Assembly (NCBI GenBank): GCA_004299485.1
Contig: SCQP01000002.1
Location: 232,966-296,965 of the forward strand
Direction: 5' to 3'
Source of the DNA: Acidobacteriota bacterium
GTDB lineage: Bacteria > Acidobacteriota > Terriglobia > Terriglobales > SCQP01
DNA length: 64,000 nucleotides
Part shown: positions 1 to 10,326 of the stretch, in pieces
How positions within the stretch are numbered: position 1 is the stretch's first letter
How the letters are laid out: the number at the start of each line of letters is the position of its first letter
Program-made: the position numbers and the translations under genes
Notes under the pieces: generated by a model
What the model was told of the DNA's origin: nothing
The model's database searches: none
What the model saw: only the letters and a program-made list of their open reading frames with translations

Positions 1-1050
1 CGCTTGCAGAAGTTTTTGGGCACAAAAAACGACGTCATTCTGCTGACCGCATCCGGCAGCGGCGCGATGGAATCGGCGGTGACGAATCTGGTGTCTCCGG
101 GCGAGCGCGTGCTGGTGATGTCGGCGGGAAAGTTTGGCGAGCGCTGGCAGAAAATTGCCAAAGTCTACGGCTGCAACATCGACCTGGTGCAGTTGCCCTA
201 TGGCGAGAGCTTCGGCGCCGAGCACGTCAAGGGCCGGCTCAGCGGTGCGAACGCCGCGCAGGTGCTCATGGTGCAGGCGAGTGAGTCGTCCACCGGCTGT
301 AAGCACGACATTGCCGCGATCGCCCGGGCCGCACGCAAGGAGAATCCCAACGTGCTGCTGCTCATTGACGGCATCACCGGCGTGGGCACGCAGCCGCTCG
401 ACATCGACGCCTGGGATTTGGACATCGTGATCGGCGGCTCGCAAAAAGCCGTGATGATGGCGCCCGGCCTGGCCTATCTGAGCGTCAGCGAGCGGGCGTG
501 GAAGGCGATGGAGTCCTCGAAGACGCCACGCTTCTATTTCGATCTGCGCAACGAGCGCAAATCCCAGGTGAACGGCGAAACCTGCTTTACGCCGGCCATC
601 GGGCTCGTGGCCGCATTGAACGCCGCGCTGGAATACATCGAGAGCATCGGCGGCTGCGCGGCGCTGGTGGCGAATGCCGAGGCGCTGGGCGCGGCTACGC
701 GCGCAGCCTTGGAGGCGCTGGGGCTGAAGCGCTTTGGCAATGGCGCGCCCTCGGGCGCACTGACTGCAATCGCCATGCCAGAGGGATTCGATTCCGGGCT
801 GGTGATCAAGGCGCTGCGCGAGCAGTTTGGCACTGTGGTGGCGAACGGCCAGGGCGAGATGAAGGGCAAGATGATCCGCGTCGCCCATCTCGGCTATTAC
901 GATTTCCCTGAGTTGCTCTCGGTGGTGGCGCAGTTGGAGATCATCCTGGCGCAGCTCGGCCAGTTCGATCATGCTAAGCTGGGCGCCGGTGTGCGCGCGG
1001 CGCAAACCTACTACCTGGCCCAGCATAAAGCGGCAGGCGCAAAGGCGTAA
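1..1050 (+). CDS. Class V (AGXT/SPT-type) PLP-dependent aminotransferase, 5' end cut by window edge
   Basis: Reading frame is open to the window start. Class-V aminotransferase strings are present: SGSGAMESAV and GGSQKAVMMAPG (PLP-lysine context). A 6-nt gap separates it from the PGDH-like gene. Confidence 0.8.
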   Translation, partial: RLQKFLGTKNDVILLTASGSGAMESAVTNLVSPGERVLVMSAGKFGERWQKIAKVYGCNIDLVQLPYGESFGAEHVKGRLSGANAAQVLMVQASESSTGCKHDIAAIARAARKENPNVLLLIDGITGVGTQPLDIDAWDLDIVIGGSQKAVMMAPGLAYLSVSERAWKAMESSKTPRFYFDLRNERKSQVNGETCFTPAIGLVAALNAALEYIESIGGCAALVANAEALGAATRAALEALGLKRFGNGAPSGALTAIAMPEGFDSGLVIKALREQFGTVVANGQGEMKGKMIRVAHLGYYDFPELLSVVAQLEIILAQLGQFDHAKLGAGVRAAQTYYLAQHKAAGAKA

Positions 1051-1056
1051 CTTCAT

Positions 1057-2004
1057 ATGAAAGTCGTCGTTCCGGAGAAGATCTCTGCCCGTGGGCTGAA
1101 GGTGTTCGAAGACGCGGGTTTTCAAGTGGCGCAGTTGACGCCGGCCTCGGTGGCGAGCGGCGAGCTGGCGCGCGAGCTGGCCGACGCGGAGGCGCTGGTG
1201 GTGCGCTCGGCGGTGAAGGTGACGCCGGAAATTATCGCCGCCGCGCCCAAGCTGCGCGTCATCGGCCGCGCGGGCGTGGGCGTCGATAACGTCAACGTAC
1301 CCGCGGCTACGGCGCGAAAGATCGTGGTGATGAACACGCCGGGCGGCAGCTCGGTCGCGGTGGCGGAACTGGCGCTGGGGTTGATGCTGGCGCTGGCGCG
1401 GCACATTCCACGCGCGGACGCCACCATGCACGCCGGTCAGTGGGAAAAGAAATCGTTGCAGGGCACGGAACTGATGGATAAAACGCTCGGCCTGATCGGC
1501 TGCGGCCGCATTGCCCTAGAAGTCGCCAAGCGCGCGGCGGCGTTCGGGATGCGCGTGCTCGCCTATGATCCAGCGCAGCCCATGGAGGCGGCGCGGCAGG
1601 CGGGCATCAGTTTGGTGGACTGGGACCAGTTGCTGTCGCAATCGGACTACCTGAGCCTGCATCTCTCGCTCACCGAAAGCTCCCGCAACCTGCTCAACGA
1701 TGCCGCTTTCGCCAGGATGAAGCCGGGCGTGCGGATCATCAATTGCGCCCGCGGCGAGGTCATTGATGAAGACGCGCTGCTGCGCGCCCTGCAATCCGGC
1801 AAAGTGGCCGGCGCGGCGATTGACGTTTACCGCAAAGAGCCGCCTCCGCCCGACGCGCCGCTGCCGCATCATGAGCACGTGATTGCCCTGCCGCACATCG
1901 GCGCCTCTAGCGAAGAAGCGCAGGAACGCGTGGGCGTCGCCATCGCCGAGCAAATCCGCGACTACCTCGTTCAAGGCACCATAAGCAACGCCGTCAACGC
2001 CTAG
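1057..2004 (+). CDS. serA: D-3-phosphoglycerate dehydrogenase-like NAD-dependent 2-hydroxyacid dehydrogenase (short form, no ACT domain)
   Basis: Rossmann motif GLIGCGRIALEVAKRA. NTPGGSSVAVAELALGLMLALARHIP is typical of PGDH. It follows an aminotransferase gene. Confidence 0.65.
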   Translation: MKVVVPEKISARGLKVFEDAGFQVAQLTPASVASGELARELADAEALVVRSAVKVTPEIIAAAPKLRVIGRAGVGVDNVNVPAATARKIVVMNTPGGSSVAVAELALGLMLALARHIPRADATMHAGQWEKKSLQGTELMDKTLGLIGCGRIALEVAKRAAAFGMRVLAYDPAQPMEAARQAGISLVDWDQLLSQSDYLSLHLSLTESSRNLLNDAAFARMKPGVRIINCARGEVIDEDALLRALQSGKVAGAAIDVYRKEPPPPDAPLPHHEHVIALPHIGASSEEAQERVGVAIAEQIRDYLVQGTISNAVNA

Positions 2005-2117
2005 AGCGGTTTTAGCATCGCTGTAGCCAGGCGGACCGATCCGACTGCGGCTTCGACACCAGGAGAAGCCGCACGCACCTCGCCGGAGCGAGCCACACCT
2101 ACGCTAAAACCGCTCTA
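2002..2117. repeat. 116-nt element with perfect 15-bp terminal inverted repeat and inner 9-bp hairpin, between convergent genes
   Basis: TAGAGCGGTTTTAGC (2002-2016) is the exact reverse complement of GCTAAAACCGCTCTA (2103-2117). Inner stem TGCGGCTTC (2046-2054) pairs with GAAGCCGCA (2065-2073). The outermost TAG and CTA are the stop codons of the two flanking genes. Confidence 0.8.
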
Positions 2118-3257
2118 ACCTCCGCCTGGCGCCGCCGGGCCTGCACCCGGTGGCTGGAAGGCGACGGCGAAAAACTGGTTGAATGGATGCTCGACCGGCA
2201 GCTTGGAAAAGTTCTTCAGCCCCGCCGCGGCCGTCACCTTCGCGATGTTCCCGGCGCCCATACCAGCGCCATATCCGGCGCCGCCGGATGCCAGCGAGCA
2301 GGTCATGCACTGTAACATGCTCACCGAGTAAAACAACTTACCGATGGAATTGATGTTGTCCTCCACCCGGTCGGCCATATTCGGCTCGATGATGAACCAG
2401 GTTCCGTCGGCTTTGAGGGCGCCGGCGACGGCGCGTGCCGTGCCTTCCGGCGAATGCATATCGTGCAAGCTGTCGCAGGTCATGATCAGGTCGAACTCGT
2501 GCGTCTGCGGAAGCGCATCCGAGGCGCGCAGCTCGAACCGGAGGCGTTCGCCGAGACCCGCCGCCTGAGCTTGCTGGTTGGCATACTGCACGGCCGGTGG
2601 GTAGCTGTCGAAGCCCACAAAGCTGCTGCGCGGAAATGCGCGGGCCAGTTCCAGCAACGCCCGCCCGCGGCCGCAGCCCACGTCCGCCACTCTGGCGCCA
2701 ATCTGCAGTTTGCGGTGTACCTCGGGCATGGCGGGAATCCAGGCCTGGGTCATGAAGTTGGCGTAGCCGGGACCAAACAGCCGCTCCGTACCCTCGAACG
2801 TGTCCTGGCTGAAGTCGCTGTACGGAACGCCTCCACCCTGGTGCATGCACTCGCGCAGCTTGGGAAGAAGCCGGTAATGGTCGGGAATCATCTGCGACAT
2901 GCCGCCGACGAATGCCGGACTGGTTTCGTTGGCCAGCACCATGGCCCGTTCTGGCAGCAGCCAGAGCTTGCCGCTCGCCGGATCGTACGACAGATAGTCG
3001 GCGGCGACCATCGCCGCACTCCACTCCCGCAGGTAGCGCTCCTGCAGGCCGGTGGCCTTGGCCAGCTCGGCTACCGTCATCGGCCCCTGGCTGGCGATCG
3101 TTTTGAAAAGGCCCTCGCGGTCGCCGAGATAGAGCAGCGGCCCGGACATCGCCGCCGCCAGATCTCCCACCACCTTGAGGCAGAAATCATGAACTTTGTG
3201 TAGATCGGCGGGAGCCGCCGCCTTTCCGGCTGAAAGATCAACTGGGGACGTGGACAC
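2115..3257 (-). CDS. Class I SAM-dependent methyltransferase with N-terminal winged-helix-like domain
   Basis: Motif I VADVGCGRGRALLELA. I moved the start from ATG 3290 to GTG 3257 because AGGAGG (3265-3270, minus strand) lies 7 nt upstream. Confidence 0.75.
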   Translation of the reverse strand: MSTSPVDLSAGKAAAPADLHKVHDFCLKVVGDLAAAMSGPLLYLGDREGLFKTIASQGPMTVAELAKATGLQERYLREWSAAMVAADYLSYDPASGKLWLLPERAMVLANETSPAFVGGMSQMIPDHYRLLPKLRECMHQGGGVPYSDFSQDTFEGTERLFGPGYANFMTQAWIPAMPEVHRKLQIGARVADVGCGRGRALLELARAFPRSSFVGFDSYPPAVQYANQQAQAAGLGERLRFELRASDALPQTHEFDLIMTCDSLHDMHSPEGTARAVAGALKADGTWFIIEPNMADRVEDNINSIGKLFYSVSMLQCMTCSLASGGAGYGAGMGAGNIAKVTAAAGLKNFSKLPVEHPFNQFFAVAFQPPGAGPAAPGGG

Positions 3258-3395
3258 GCGTGCACCTCCTGGCAAACATATCCTTAGCATATATAACGGA
3301 TTGAGACCTGCGTCAAGCTCCTGCGCAGGCCGGAGTTGCCCCTCAGCCGAACTTACTGATTCTGCCCTCGCCGCGCCGCTCGCGGCTTCGGGGAG

Positions 3396-5489
3396 CTAGT
3401 GTATCGCGGCGGTGGTGACGGCGTGGGCGGCGGGGCCGGGGAGATCCTTTTGCATGGCAGCAATCACCGCGCCCGGTTCGGTGACCGGCGGGTTGTCGAG
3501 GTACTTGCCGAAAAAGACCAGATAACGGCGCCAGCGGTCCTGAATGTGGCGCGGCTCGACGAAGCCGTGATGCTCGCGCGGATAGGTGATGAACTCGACC
3601 GGTACGTGCCGGTCGCTGAGGGCACGGTAAAACTCCTGCTGCTGCGCAATGGGTACGCGATGATCCTGCAGGCCGACCATGATCATAGTCGGGGTGGTGA
3701 CGTTTTCAACGTACTTCATGGCGGAGTGGTCCCAATACTCGGCGCGATCGTCCCACGGATCTTTGTTGCCGAAAAACATTTTCAGGTAGTTGGGGATGTC
3801 AGTCTCGGAATAAAACGGATACAGATCAGGCAGGCCCGCGCCCGGCGAGATCGCCTTGAAGCGGTGCGTCTGGGTGTCGATCCAGTAGCTCATGTAGCCG
3901 CCGTAGGACCAGCCGAACTCGCCCATGCGGTTCGGATCCACCCCGCCTTTGGCGAGCAGTGCGTCGACGCCGCTCATGTCGTCGTGGTAGTCGCCGCCGC
4001 CCCAGTCGTGGAAGTTCAGCGTGGCGAACTTGAGGCCGCGCCCGCTGGAGCCGCGGAAGTTCGGCTGCAGCAGCAGGTAGCCGTTGGCGGCGAAAACCTG
4101 ATCCTGCGCGCTGAAGGCCAGCATCGAGGCGCCGGTGGGGCCGCCGTGCGGGTTTAGCAGGAACGGGTACTTGTGCCCGGCACGGAAGCCGGCCGGTTCG
4201 GTCACGATGCCGTCAATCTCAAGGCCGCCCACTGAGCTGGTCCACTTTACGACGGTGGTGTGGCTGAGGGCGTACTGCGCGAGCCAGGGATTCTGATCGG
4301 TGAGGTTCTGCAGCGTCGCGAAGTCGAGGCTGGAGCGGAAAACCTCGCCCGGATGCATCGGGTCGGTCCAGATGCCGATGGCGAAGTGGCCGTTTTTGCT
4401 GATGCCGCTGACGCGAACCACAGCCGCCTGGTGACTGAGGCGCTGCACCTGGCCGCTGGCAAGGTCCACGGAGAAGACCGCCATGTCTTCGCGATCGCCG
4501 GTATTGAAGTAGATAGTCTTGCCCCCCGGCGCCCAGATCGGCGTGTCCATGCCGAGCGCGAAATCGGCGGCAATCTGACGTGGTGCGCCGCCCGTGGCCG
4601 GCACCAGATACAGGCCCGGATGTACCTGCGCTTCGACTTCGTGGTCGCGCGGGGCGGCCAGGAATGCGATCGTGTTGCCGTCGGGCGAGAAGCGGGCGTT
4701 CTGGGTGATTTCATCCTTAGTCACCAGGCGGTGCACTTTGCCGGTGGCGACGTTGAGCACGCGCGCGGTGGGATTGCTGCCATCGTTCAGCGAGGGCGTG
4801 GGATGAGTAGTGAAGACAATTTGGCGGCCATTGGGCGACCAGTGCGGGTCACTCACCGTGTAGTTGCCATCGGTAAGCTGCCGGGCTTTGCCGCTGGCGA
4901 TATGCCACAGCCAGAGCTGGGAGAGCGGAAAATCGTGGTCGACCACGGCGGCATCGTTGTGCTCCTTCAGGTCGAGCACATGCGCCGGGTCCGGCTTCGG
5001 CCCGGCCACAAGCAGCAGTGATTTGCCATCCGGCGAGAACTCGAAGCCATGCACGCCTCCGGGCAAATCGGTGACCGCCCAGGCCGCGCCACCGTTGAGG
5101 TACATGAACCAGACCTGAGGTTTGGCCTGTTCGCCTGTGCCCGAGTTCCGGATAAAGGCCAGTTTGGTTCCGTCGGGCGACCAGCGAACTTGGGAGGCGC
5201 TTTGATCGCCGCGTGTGTACTGGCGCGTGGCGCTCGCCGGGCCGTCGGCCGGTGTCACCCAGATCTGCGAGACCGGCTTCCAGGGCTTGTCCTTCGGCTC
5301 GAGCGTGGTGCGGACCTCGTAGGCCACTTTCTCGCCATTGGGTGACAGTACGGGCGAGGAGACGCTCGCCAGCCGCAGCGCGGCTGCAGTGCCGAAGAGT
5401 AGCTTACCGTTGGCGGCGCGCGCGGGCATTTGCGCGGATGCGGCAACAGCAAAAACGGCGACAACGAGAGCGGTAGTGAGCGTGCGCAT
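3396..5489 (-). CDS. Secreted S9 family serine peptidase (prolyl oligopeptidase/acylaminoacyl peptidase type) with beta-propeller N-half
   Basis: Signal peptide MRTLTTALVVAVFAVAASAQ. Repeated propeller blades (SPDG/WSPDG). Nucleophile elbow GWSYGGYM. Confidence 0.85.
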   Translation of the reverse strand: MRTLTTALVVAVFAVAASAQMPARAANGKLLFGTAAALRLASVSSPVLSPNGEKVAYEVRTTLEPKDKPWKPVSQIWVTPADGPASATRQYTRGDQSASQVRWSPDGTKLAFIRNSGTGEQAKPQVWFMYLNGGAAWAVTDLPGGVHGFEFSPDGKSLLLVAGPKPDPAHVLDLKEHNDAAVVDHDFPLSQLWLWHIASGKARQLTDGNYTVSDPHWSPNGRQIVFTTHPTPSLNDGSNPTARVLNVATGKVHRLVTKDEITQNARFSPDGNTIAFLAAPRDHEVEAQVHPGLYLVPATGGAPRQIAADFALGMDTPIWAPGGKTIYFNTGDREDMAVFSVDLASGQVQRLSHQAAVVRVSGISKNGHFAIGIWTDPMHPGEVFRSSLDFATLQNLTDQNPWLAQYALSHTTVVKWTSSVGGLEIDGIVTEPAGFRAGHKYPFLLNPHGGPTGASMLAFSAQDQVFAANGYLLLQPNFRGSSGRGLKFATLNFHDWGGGDYHDDMSGVDALLAKGGVDPNRMGEFGWSYGGYMSYWIDTQTHRFKAISPGAGLPDLYPFYSETDIPNYLKMFFGNKDPWDDRAEYWDHSAMKYVENVTTPTMIMVGLQDHRVPIAQQQEFYRALSDRHVPVEFITYPREHHGFVEPRHIQDRWRRYLVFFGKYLDNPPVTEPGAVIAAMQKDLPGPAAHAVTTAAIH

Positions 5490-5498
5490 AGATCTTCC

Positions 5499-7007
5499 TT
5501 AAAAGCCCCGGCCGGGCGAGGGTTTATGGTGCGGGAAAGGCGTATCGAGTTGCGAAACGTTCCACAAAAACGCGGCCAGCACGGCTGCGCCCTGGTTAGC
5601 CTGCTTGGCGTCAACCATCTCGAAGGTATCGATCTGCGAATGGTGTTCCTCGCGGTAATGCGCTTCGGCCTGAACGGCAAGGAATGCCGGGATGCCCTGG
5701 CGCTGGAAGGCGACGTGATCGGAAGCGCCGAAGTACTCGGTGCTGATGGGCTGCAAGGCGAAGACCTCCTTTAGCGGTTGGTACACTTGCGAAAGCTCGG
5801 GCATGGCGTTGTAAAAGCCTTCGATGGGGATGGACTCGATGCAGCCGGTGCCCACGTCGTCAATCAGCACCGCATCGGTCTTGGGCATTTCCGCAAGGTG
5901 GTTTTTGACGAAGGTATCGACCCCGACGCCGCCTTCTTCTTCGCCGGTGAAGAGGATGAAGGTGAGCGTGCGCTTCGGTTTCCAGCCGAGCGCGCTCAAA
6001 ATGCGTGCGGCCTCGAGCGTAGCCATGGCGCCGGTGCCGTTGTCCACCGCACCCTGGCCGAGATACCAGGAGTCGAGATGGCCGCCCACGATGACCTGCT
6101 GGTCAGGCCACTCGGTGCCGGGAATTTGCGCGACGGTGATGGAGGCCGGCTCGGGCCCGGCGCTGAACGTGCCGCCGAGGTTCACCGTCATGCGCGGGTG
6201 GTTATGGTAGTTGTGGATCATGCGGTAGAGCAGGCTGTAGTCAGCGTGGCCAAGCGTGGCCGTGGGCACTTGCGAGGGCGCGTAACGGCCGGCGCCACCG
6301 ATGGAGAACAGACCCCAGGGTTTGCCGCTATCGCGGATAACGACTGCCGCGCCCGCCAGCGGATTCGGTCCGCCGCTCATCATGGCGCGGAACTCGGCCA
6401 TGCGGCGCTGCATGGCGGCGTAGTCGGGCACGCCCGTGGGCGGCATGATGACGGAATCGTAGGAATTGGGGAACTGCGCGTCCGGAGCGACATTGCGGCT
6501 GTTGGGCGGACCTTCGAGCACGATCGCGCCCTTGATGGCAGCGGGATCGACCGGATCGCCGGGGTTGTAGATTACGACCGGGCCCGTGACCGGGCCATCT
6601 GTTGATTTGCTCCAGCCTTCCGCGGCAATTGGGATGACTTTGTGCCAGGGGCTGAGGAGCACCGCCGTCGCGACGCCCGGTGTCCAGGAGTGCGCGACGT
6701 GGGTGGTTTCCAGATGCGCCTTTAAGCCGTATTTGCGGAACATCTCCAGCGTCCACTGACTGGCGTGCTGCATGTTCGCGCCGCCGGTGAGGCGCGGACC
6801 GATCTCGGTGGTGAGGTACTCTTCGTTCTGCATCAGTTGCGAATGGGTGTGGTTTTCGGCTTGAATCGCCAGATCGGCCTTTTCCATGGCATGTAGGTAC
6901 CGTTCCTGGGCAGGCGTCATCGCCGGGCGTCCAAATTGCGCGCTGGCGGCGACCGCGAACGCGGTGGCAAGGGCAGCGGTATAAAGGGTGCGCATGAGCA
7001 GCATCAT
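5499..7007 (-). CDS. Secreted M28 family metallo-aminopeptidase
   Basis: Signal peptide. M28 ligand strings GGHLDSW, AVDNGTG, FTGEEEGG and SDHVAF. It lies 9 nt downstream of the S9 peptidase gene start, so the two are tandem. Confidence 0.8.
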   Translation of the reverse strand: MMLLMRTLYTAALATAFAVAASAQFGRPAMTPAQERYLHAMEKADLAIQAENHTHSQLMQNEEYLTTEIGPRLTGGANMQHASQWTLEMFRKYGLKAHLETTHVAHSWTPGVATAVLLSPWHKVIPIAAEGWSKSTDGPVTGPVVIYNPGDPVDPAAIKGAIVLEGPPNSRNVAPDAQFPNSYDSVIMPPTGVPDYAAMQRRMAEFRAMMSGGPNPLAGAAVVIRDSGKPWGLFSIGGAGRYAPSQVPTATLGHADYSLLYRMIHNYHNHPRMTVNLGGTFSAGPEPASITVAQIPGTEWPDQQVIVGGHLDSWYLGQGAVDNGTGAMATLEAARILSALGWKPKRTLTFILFTGEEEGGVGVDTFVKNHLAEMPKTDAVLIDDVGTGCIESIPIEGFYNAMPELSQVYQPLKEVFALQPISTEYFGASDHVAFQRQGIPAFLAVQAEAHYREEHHSQIDTFEMVDAKQANQGAAVLAAFLWNVSQLDTPFPHHKPSPGRGF

Positions 7008-7030
7008 ACCTTTGGTCGCAACCGAAACGC

Positions 7031-7036
7031 TATAAT
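7031..7036 (+). promoter_or_regulatory. Candidate -10 box (TATAAT) for lysS
   Basis: Perfect TATAAT 13 nt before ATG 7050 in a 42-nt divergent intergenic region. No clear -35. Confidence 0.4.
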
Positions 7037-7049
7037 TGGGGATTCATTT

Positions 7050-8489
7050 ATGGCGCTCGATACCGAGATTTTTGAACAGCGGCAGGCCAAGCTGGCCGAG
7101 CTGGCGGCGCAGGGCGGGGAAGCCTATCCGCACCGCTTTGCCTTCAGCCATACCGTGCCGCAAGTGCTGGCAACGTATGGCGAAACCAGCGGCGAGGCGC
7201 TCGAGGGCGAGCGCCCGGAGGTCAAGATCTGCGGGCGCCTGATGACCTTCCGGCCGCACGGTAAGGCGGGATTTGGCCACCTGCAGCAGGACGGCACGCA
7301 ACTGCAGATCTATGTCCGCCAGGATGCCGTCGATGAAGCCTCGTTCACGCTCTGGAAGTCCCTCGATCTCGGCGATTTGATCGGTGTTGAGGGCTATTTG
7401 TTCCGCACGCGCACGGGCGAGCTGACCGTGCATGTCACCCGCGTCAAGTTGCTGGCCAAAGATCTGCTGCCGCTGCCGGAAAAATGGCACGGCCTCACCG
7501 ACGTGGAGGCGCGCTACCGCCAGCGCTACCTCGACCTGCTGGTGAACCCGGAGGTACGCGAGATCTTCTTGAAGCGCGCCAGGCTGGTGGCTAGCTTGAG
7601 GGATCTATTCCATCAGCGCGGATACATTGAAGTCGAAACCCCGATGATGCAACCGCTCGCGGGCGGCGCTACGGCGCGGCCCTTCAAGACGCACCATCAG
7701 GCGCTCGACATTCCGCTGTATCTGCGCATCGCCCCCGAGCTGTATCTGAAGCGGCTGGTGGTTGGCGGCATGGACCGGGTGTTTGAGATCAACCGCAACT
7801 TTCGCAACGAGGGCATCTCGACGCAGCACAACCCCGAGTTCACCATGCTGGAGTTCTATGAGGCCTACAGCGACTACAACGTGCTCATGGACTGGAGCGC
7901 GGAGTTGCTGGCGGAAGTGGCGCGCCAAGTGGCCGGCAGCGAGAGAGTCAGCTTCCGTGGTGCCGAGGTGGATTTCGGCAATTTCCGGCGCCTGAGCCTG
8001 CGGGATGCAGTTCTGGAGTTCTGGCCGGCCGAGCGTGGGCCCAAGCCGCGCCGCGAGGAGCTGGAGGGCGCGCAGGCGGTTGAGCTGTTCGAGCAGGTGG
8101 CCGAGCGGCATCTCGTGCAGCCCACGATCATTTACGATTTTCCAATCGAAGTCTCGCCGCTGGCCAAGAACAAGCCGGACGAGCCGGCCTGGGTCGAGCG
8201 TTTTGAGATTTATGCGGGCGGTATGGAGATTGCCAACGGCTACAGTGAGCTGAACGATCCGGAAGAGCAGCGTCGGCGCTTCGAGCAGCAATTGGCGGCG
8301 CGCGAACGGGGCGATGAAGAGGCTCATGTGCTGGACGAGGACTACGTCCGCGCCCTGCGCTACGGCATGCCGCCGACGGCAGGCGAAGGCATCGGCATTG
8401 ACCGGCTGACGATGCTGCTCACCGGCGCGCCTTCGATCCGTGACGTGATTCTGTTCCCGCTGCTGCGGCCGGAGAGCGAGCGTGCCTGA
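7050..8489 (+). CDS. lysS: Lysine--tRNA ligase (class II)
   Basis: OB-fold N-domain, FRNEGIS (motif 2) and GIGIDRLTML (motif 3). I chose ATG 7050 over the in-frame start at 6936, which would overlap the divergent peptidase gene. Confidence 0.93.
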   Translation: MALDTEIFEQRQAKLAELAAQGGEAYPHRFAFSHTVPQVLATYGETSGEALEGERPEVKICGRLMTFRPHGKAGFGHLQQDGTQLQIYVRQDAVDEASFTLWKSLDLGDLIGVEGYLFRTRTGELTVHVTRVKLLAKDLLPLPEKWHGLTDVEARYRQRYLDLLVNPEVREIFLKRARLVASLRDLFHQRGYIEVETPMMQPLAGGATARPFKTHHQALDIPLYLRIAPELYLKRLVVGGMDRVFEINRNFRNEGISTQHNPEFTMLEFYEAYSDYNVLMDWSAELLAEVARQVAGSERVSFRGAEVDFGNFRRLSLRDAVLEFWPAERGPKPRREELEGAQAVELFEQVAERHLVQPTIIYDFPIEVSPLAKNKPDEPAWVERFEIYAGGMEIANGYSELNDPEEQRRRFEQQLAARERGDEEAHVLDEDYVRALRYGMPPTAGEGIGIDRLTMLLTGAPSIRDVILFPLLRPESERA

Positions 8490-10326
8490 CGATTTTCTGC
8501 AGCAGGTCAGTGAACGCGTCCTGGTGAGCGACGGCGCCATGGGCACCATGCTCTACGCGCGCGGCGTCTTCATCAACCGCAGCTACGACGAGTTGAACCT
8601 GTCGCAGCCGGCGGTGGTGAAAGAGATCCATCTTGCCTACGCGCACGCAGGCGCGGAGATCATCGAAACCAACACCTTCGGCGCCAGTCCGATTGCGCTC
8701 GAAAAATACGGCCTGCGTGAGAAGGCCGCGGCCATCAATCGCGCCGGCGTCGCCCTGGCGCGCGAGTGCGCGGGCGATGCCTGGGTGGCGGGGGCCATTG
8801 GACCGCTGGGCGTGTATCTCGAGCCGCTCGGCAAGCTGAGTTTTGAGGAAGCGCGCGCGGCCTTCCGCGAGCAGGCCGCGGCGCTGGCGGAATCCGGCGC
8901 TGACCTGCTGATGCTGGAAACCTTCGGCCAGGTGAATGAACTACGCGAAGCGATTTTCGGAGCGCGCGACGCCTGCAATCTGCCCATCGCCGCGCAGATC
9001 ACCATTGACGACGAGGGTCGCGCGCTCGATGGCACCCCGGCGCAGGAAGCCGCACGGCGCATGCACGACTGGGGCGCCGACATCATCGGCATTAACTGTA
9101 GCGGCGGCCCGGTGGGCATGCTCGAAGCGCTCGAAGCCATGGCGCGCGCTACCACGCGCCCGCTGATTGCGCAGCCGAACGCGGGCAAGCCGCGCAACGT
9201 CGAGGGCCGCAACCTCTACATGGTGTCACCCGAGTATCTGGCCGATTACGCCCGGCAATTCATTACTGCCGGTGCCAAAATCGTCGGCGGCTGCTGTGGC
9301 ACCACGCCCGAACACATTAAATGGATTCGAAATTACGTGCGGTCGACCACCCCCGGCCGCCGCCGCGTGCAGGTGAATACGGTGGCCAAGCCGGACGCCG
9401 AAGAGCGCAAGGTCATTCCTGCGGCGGAACGCTCGGCGCTGGGACGCAGGCTGGCCGAGGGCAAATTCGTCACGCTGGTCGAGATTCTGCCGCCGCGCGG
9501 CAGCGACGCTACCAAGGAACTGGAGAGTGCAGCCTTTTTCGAGCAGCATGGCGCCGACGCCATCAACATTCCCGATGGCCCGCGCGCCAACGCCCGCATG
9601 AGCAATCAAGCGCTGGCGCTCATGCTGCGCTCGCGGCTGCAGATCGAGCCGGTGCTGCACTACTGCTGCCGCGACCGCAACGTCATTTCAATGCAGTCGG
9701 ACCTGCTCGGCGGCTATGCCCTTGGCCTGCGCAACCTGATTCTGATCACCGGCGATCCGCCCAAGCTCGGCAATTATCCCGATGCGACCGCGGTGTTCGA
9801 TGTGGATGCCATAGGGCTGGCGAACCTGGTGAGCAATCTGAACCGCGGCCTCGATCTCGGCGGTAATGCGGTCGGCGGGCAGACGTCGTTTTTGATTGGC
9901 GTCGGCGCCAATCCCGGCGCGCTGAATTACGAGGAAGAGCTGCGCCGCTATCGCTTCAAGGTGGAAGCTGGCGCCGACTACATCGTGACCCAGCCGGTCT
10001 TCGACCTCGAAGTCATGGAACGCTTTCTGCATGACACCGAGAGTCATCGCCGTCCCTTGCTCGCCGGCATCTGGCCGCTGACCAGCGCCCGCCAGGCCGA
10101 GTTCATGCAGAACGAGCTGCACGTGCAGATTCCGCCCGCGGTGCTGGAGCGCATGCGTGCCGCGCGCACCGCCGAAGCCGCCAAGGCCGAAGGGCTGGCG
10201 ATTGCACAGGAGATGGTGCGGGCGCTGCGCGGTAAAATCGCTGGTATCCAGATCAGCGTTCTCGGCCGCAATCAGGCCGGCGCGGTGCTGCTCGCCACCG
10301 CCCAGGAAAATACGGCCGCGGCATGA
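8482..10326 (+). CDS. Fusion protein: homocysteine S-methyltransferase (Hcy-binding) domain + methylenetetrahydrofolate reductase domain
   Basis: The N-half carries the Zn-ligand cysteines GINCSGGP and [11 protein letters not shown]. The C-half is MetF-like ([15 protein letters not shown]). The GTG start overlaps the lysS stop by 8 nt. Confidence 0.85.
   Translation: MPDDFLQQVSERVLVSDGAMGTMLYARGVFINRSYDELNLSQPAVVKEIHLAYAHAGAEIIETNTFGASPIALEKYGLREKAAAINRAGVALARECAGDAWVAGAIGPLGVYLEPLGKLSFEEARAAFREQAAALAESGADLLMLETFGQVNELREAIFGARDACNLPIAAQITIDDEGRALDGTPAQEAARRMHDWGADIIGINCSGGPVGMLEALEAMARATTRPLIAQPNAGKPRNVEGRNLYMVSPEYLADYARQFITAGAKIVGGCCGTTPEHIKWIRNYVRSTTPGRRRVQVNTVAKPDAEERKVIPAAERSALGRRLAEGKFVTLVEILPPRGSDATKELESAAFFEQHGADAINIPDGPRANARMSNQALALMLRSRLQIEPVLHYCCRDRNVISMQSDLLGGYALGLRNLILITGDPPKLGNYPDATAVFDVDAIGLANLVSNLNRGLDLGGNAVGGQTSFLIGVGANPGALNYEEELRRYRFKVEAGADYIVTQPVFDLEVMERFLHDTESHRRPLLAGIWPLTSARQAEFMQNELHVQIPPAVLERMRAARTAEAAKAEGLAIAQEMVRALRGKIAGIQISVLGRNQAGAVLLATAQENTAAA

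Noticed and set aside
6936-7049. Upstream in-frame extension of lysS (start at 6936)
   Set aside because: The extension overlaps the 5' end of the divergent M28 peptidase gene and encodes non-LysRS-like sequence. ATG 7050 follows a TATAAT box and gives a canonical LysRS N-terminus.
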